Source: Bacillota bacterium (lineage in GTDB: Bacteria > Bacillota > Sulfobacillia > RBS10-35 > JAJYVN01). Taken from it: a stretch of DNA of 64,000 nt. Each line of letters starts with the position of its first letter. Positions within the stretch are counted from its first letter, which is position 1. The position numbers and the translations under genes were made by a program. Positions 60,911-64,000 of the stretch are shown here, in pieces. Location: NCBI GenBank assembly GCA_021803205.1, contig JAJZMB010000029.1:1765-65764 (forward strand), in the 5' to 3' direction. Under the pieces are notes generated by a model. It ran no database searches. It had not been told where the DNA came from and saw only the letters and a program-made list of their open reading frames with translations.

Positions 60911-61882
60911 TCAGGCGTCCTCTCCCGGCAGGACGCCCGGCTCCACCCACGCGCCCCGCGCCGAGAGTTCCAACCGCCGCACAAGGCCGCCTCCCATCCC
61001 GCGTACCCCGCTCCCCAGGGCACGCGCGACAACCTCCGCATCCGGCCCGTCCCGGGGCACCAGGGCCAGAACAGAGGGCCCCGCGCCGCTGAGGAACGCG
61101 CCCAGTGCACCTGCCGCCAGGGCCCCCTGGATACAGGCGCCAAGCCCGGGCACCAGGCTGGCCCGATACGGCTGGTGCAGCCGGTCGACGGTCGCCTCGC
61201 CCAACACGTCCATCCGCCCGGCCGCGACGGCCGCCACCAGCAGAGCCACACGCTGCACGTTGGCGACCGCATCGCCGAAGGCCACTTGGTGCGGCAGGGC
61301 CTGGCGGGCGAGATGGGTGGGCAGGGGACGGTCGGGTATGGCCACGATCGCCGCCAGGGCCGGGGGTTCGAGGCGAACGGCGAGTACCCGCCGCTGCGCG
61401 CCGGCCGCCCCCTCGGCCGCCACGCAGGCGGCGCAGAATCCGCCCAGCAGGGCCGGCGCGACGTTGTCCGGATGGTCTTCGATGCATGTGCCCAACGCGA
61501 GCAGTTCATCCTGGGTAAGGGGATCCCCGAGCAAACGATTGGCGCCGACCAACCCGGCCGCCACCGCGGCCGCGCTGCTACCGAGCCCCCTGCCCACCGG
61601 CAGTGCCAGACGCTGCCGCAGGCGCAAGCCCAACCGCGGCATTCCGGCCGCCGTGAGCACCGCGCGCGCGGCGCGCACGGCAAGGTTGGCCTCGTTCCGT
61701 GGAACCTGCCCGGCCCCCGGACCGCTCACCCCCACATCCAGCCCACTGCGCTCCAATGCACAGTACACCGACTCGCGCCAGTCCAGCGCCAGTCCCAGGG
61801 CGTCGAAGCCGGGCCCCAGATTCGCCGACGTCGCCGGCGCGCTGGCCGCCACCCACAACCCGAAGCGGGGCGCCACGCTCAC
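60911..61882 (-). CDS. thrB: Homoserine kinase
   Basis: APATSANLGPGFDALG and PVGRGLGSSAAAVAAGL (GHMP kinase motif). GTG start with a GAAGGAGGG RBS. Confidence 0.9.
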   Translation of the reverse strand: MSVAPRFGLWVAASAPATSANLGPGFDALGLALDWRESVYCALERSGLDVGVSGPGAGQVPRNEANLAVRAARAVLTAAGMPRLGLRLRQRLALPVGRGLGSSAAAVAAGLVGANRLLGDPLTQDELLALGTCIEDHPDNVAPALLGGFCAACVAAEGAAGAQRRVLAVRLEPPALAAIVAIPDRPLPTHLARQALPHQVAFGDAVANVQRVALLVAAVAAGRMDVLGEATVDRLHQPYRASLVPGLGACIQGALAAGALGAFLSGAGPSVLALVPRDGPDAEVVARALGSGVRGMGGGLVRRLELSARGAWVEPGVLPGEDA

Positions 61883-62145
61883 ACCCGCCCTCCTTCAGGC
61901 CGACGGCCATGCGGGTCCGGGCGCCCGTCGGCTCGGCCGGCCGCGGCCGGCAGTGTACCGCCCAATCCCGTGCAACGACGGGCCCGCGCCGCCAGCAAGC
62001 CGCGTCAGAACCGGAACCTGCACTGGCCGTGAGCGCGGGTAGGCGCTTGACGCTTGTTCACGCCCCTTGGGGCCACCTTTCCGACCGATGAGCCGATATT
62101 CCGGACCATCGCCTCCGCCAATTACTACCACTGCGGAGGACGGTC

Positions 62146-63246
62146 TTAGATGCGCAGTTCCGGAGGCAGCGTGCGGGCCAGCGCCTCCGCGGTGGCTTCC
62201 GCCTCCATCGGCGGGTCGGATTCCGCCACGGCACGCTCCGGGTCCTTCAGGCCGTTGCCGGTCAGCACGCACACCACCCGCTGGCCGTCCCCGATCCATC
62301 CGGCGGCCCGCGCCGCCCAGAACCCGGCCAACGCCGCGGCCGACGCCGGTTCGCAAAAGATGCCTTCCTGGCGCGCCAGGAAGCGATAGGCCGCCAGAAT
62401 CTCGGCATCTTCGACCGCCACGAAACGACCGTCCGCCTCGGCCACGGCGGCCTGCGCCAGATGGGCGCTCGCCGGCCGTCCAATGCGGATCGCCGAGGCC
62501 AGAGTCTGCGGATTGTCGACGAAGGTGCCGGACACCAGCGGCGCGGCCCCGGCGGCCTGCGCCCCGATCAGACGTGGCACCCCCCGGCATCGGCCGGCCT
62601 GGCGGTATTCGCAGAATCCGCGCCAATAGGCACTGATGTTTCCGGCGTTGCCGACCGGGATGCACAGCCAGTCAGGGGCTTGCCCCAACTGTTCGATCAG
62701 TTCGAAGGCGCCGGTCTTCTGGCCCTCCAGGCGCAGCGGGTTCACCGAGTTGACCAGCGCCGCATCCGGCCGGAGCGCGGCAAGGGCGCGGACGGCGGCG
62801 AGGGCCTGATCAAAGTTGCCGTGCACCAGCACGAGCCTGGCCCCGAAGGCCAGAGCCTGCGCGAGTTTGCCCCTGGCGACGGCGCCGTCCCCGGCCGGTA
62901 CCGCAAGCAGGGCGGGCAGGCCGGCACGCGCCGCATAGGCCGCGGCGGCGGCCGATGTATTACCGGTGGAGGCGCACACCAGGAATCGGGCATCCTCGGC
63001 CAGCGCTCCGCTCACCGCAACAGCCATACCGCGATCCTTGAAGGAACCGGTCGGATTCTGCCCCTCGATCTTGAAATAAAGGTCCGCGCCCCTGCCGGCA
63101 CGCAGCGCCGGGACAAGCGGCGTATTCCCCTCGCGCAGTGAGATCGCCGGCGCACCAGCCGGAAGCGAGAGATAAGCGCGATACTCCTCGACGACGCCCC
63201 GCCAGGCGCCTTCCGGACGCAGGAGCGGCATTGACGTTGCAGGCAC
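62146..63246 (-). CDS. thrC: Threonine synthase
   Basis: SLREGNTPLV, FKIEGQNPTGSFKDRGM (PLP lysine) and ASTGNTSAAAAAYAA. 366 aa. Confidence 0.9.
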   Translation of the reverse strand: MPATSMPLLRPEGAWRGVVEEYRAYLSLPAGAPAISLREGNTPLVPALRAGRGADLYFKIEGQNPTGSFKDRGMAVAVSGALAEDARFLVCASTGNTSAAAAAYAARAGLPALLAVPAGDGAVARGKLAQALAFGARLVLVHGNFDQALAAVRALAALRPDAALVNSVNPLRLEGQKTGAFELIEQLGQAPDWLCIPVGNAGNISAYWRGFCEYRQAGRCRGVPRLIGAQAAGAAPLVSGTFVDNPQTLASAIRIGRPASAHLAQAAVAEADGRFVAVEDAEILAAYRFLARQEGIFCEPASAAALAGFWAARAAGWIGDGQRVVCVLTGNGLKDPERAVAESDPPMEAEATAEALARTLPPELRI

Positions 63247-63249
63247 AGC

Positions 63250-63756
63250 CTAAGCCCCGGCTTCCACTTCGATAGTCTTTTGTTCCTTCACCTTGGCGGG
63301 GTCGAAATAGACCAGCTTCTCCAGGAAGATCTCCAATTGCTCGCGATCCTCGCGCCGCTGCAGGGACTCGGCAAAAAACACCGGACGGGGGCGGAAGGTC
63401 GTCAGCAAACGCCCGCGCCGGAACACACCCACGACCGGACGTTGGCTGAAGTCACAGGTATGCACCGCGCTGCGGTGCGCCTCCCAGGATTCCAGATGCG
63501 ACCGCAGGTCGGAGGCCCTCACCACCGCCGCCCGCACTCGATCGGCGTGGTCCGCTGCCGCCGACGCCAGTACCCCGGCGAGGCGAAGGTCCTCGGAGGT
63601 ACCCTCGTCAAACAGCACCAGGGTCGTCAGGGGAGGGCCCACCTCCGTCGATCCCTCACCCGGCGGCTCCGAAGGCGTCAGCACCCTCGCGGTGAATTCC
63701 TCCGCGCTCCACCGCTCCAGGGTCTGCTTTCCTCTCACCTCTCCGCGCGCCCCCAC
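63250..63756 (-). CDS. Hypothetical thioredoxin-fold-like protein without CxxC (HyaE-like arrangement?)
   Basis: ...TTLVLFDEGTSEDLRLAGVL...RPVVGVFRRGRLLTTF...LEIFLEKLVYFDPAKVKEQ. The stop lies 3 nt before the thrC start. The track N-terminus (to 63933) runs into repeat copy U7, so the true start is downstream of 63854; GTG 63756 is a guess. Confidence 0.45.
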   Translation of the reverse strand: MGARGEVRGKQTLERWSAEEFTARVLTPSEPPGEGSTEVGPPLTTLVLFDEGTSEDLRLAGVLASAAADHADRVRAAVVRASDLRSHLESWEAHRSAVHTCDFSQRPVVGVFRRGRLLTTFRPRPVFFAESLQRREDREQLEIFLEKLVYFDPAKVKEQKTIEVEAGA

Positions 63757-63853
63757 TTCCCAGGCCAAAGGCCCGCACCTGTACTGCACAGGTCCCGGAA
63801 CCCGAGGCCTCCACCCGCGGACCACACCTGCCGTCGCGGCCCGGGCGGCTGCT

Positions 63854-63944
63854 GTAAAAGTCCGCCTCTGCGCGGCCATTGCTCTAAAGGCCCTTGTCTC
63901 CAAAGGGTCCACGGTTCTCGGCCGGTGCAGCAACCGCTTCTGGC
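63854..63944 (-). repeat. 91-nt intergenic repeat, copy U7
   Basis: Plus strand GTAAAAGTCCGCCTCTGCGCGGCC...CCCTTGTCTCCAAAGGGTCCACGGTTC...GTGCAGCAACCGCTTCTGGC matches the reverse complement of U1 at 66 of 91 positions (ungapped, counted by hand). Confidence 0.85.
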
Positions 63945-64000
63945 AACGCCATCCTAGACAGCCGCTCCGGAGCGCGGCTTCGGAGAAGCGGCAACGGCGA

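Overview
High-GC window (about 70% by eye) from a spore-forming Firmicute-type chromosome. That lineage call rests on alpha/beta SASPs, spoVT, yqfC/yqfD and CIRCE/HrcA; a Thermaerobacter-, Symbiobacterium- or Limnochordia-like organism is inference only. Most genes are on the minus strand and largely follow the Bacillus yqe/yqf order. The main blocks are: groESL (groEL cut by the left edge), moeA-moaA-moaC-moaB, a GH18 hydrolase, guaB, murC, era-dgkA-ybeY-pgpH-phoH-yqfD-yqfC, a dodecin, HIT, ddl, rsmE-prmA-dnaJ-dnaK-grpE-hrcA, hemW, lepA, korAB, a cytochrome-b/Mo-oxidoreductase fusion, a small sugar-type cluster, an XPB helicase with a large partner gene, spoVT, ireB, two SASP genes, argC and argB-argD, speH, a two-component system, pheA, motA and thrC-thrB. 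I found no rRNA, tRNA or CRISPR array. Many ORF-track entries are over-extended at the 5' end or are antisense artefacts of high GC; I re-called starts from RBS context, homologue N-termini and stop/start overlaps (ATGA, GTGA, TGATG). Most notable observations: (1) a 450-codon LAGLIDADG intein in guaB, placed directly in front of the catalytic cysteine; (2) a strictly intergenic repeat of about 91 nt with GCAAAAG...CTTTTGC hairpin ends, with at least 7 copies at 5 loci, two of them inverted pairs; (3) an XPB helicase translationally coupled to a 687-aa protein that repeats XPB's own N-terminal domain; (4) an in-frame ArgB-ArgD fusion with no argJ, preceded by an AT-rich island; (5) an 18-bp perfect inverted repeat bracketing 145 bp next to a motA that has no motB. 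All function calls come from reading the translations and motifs by eye; no database search was run.
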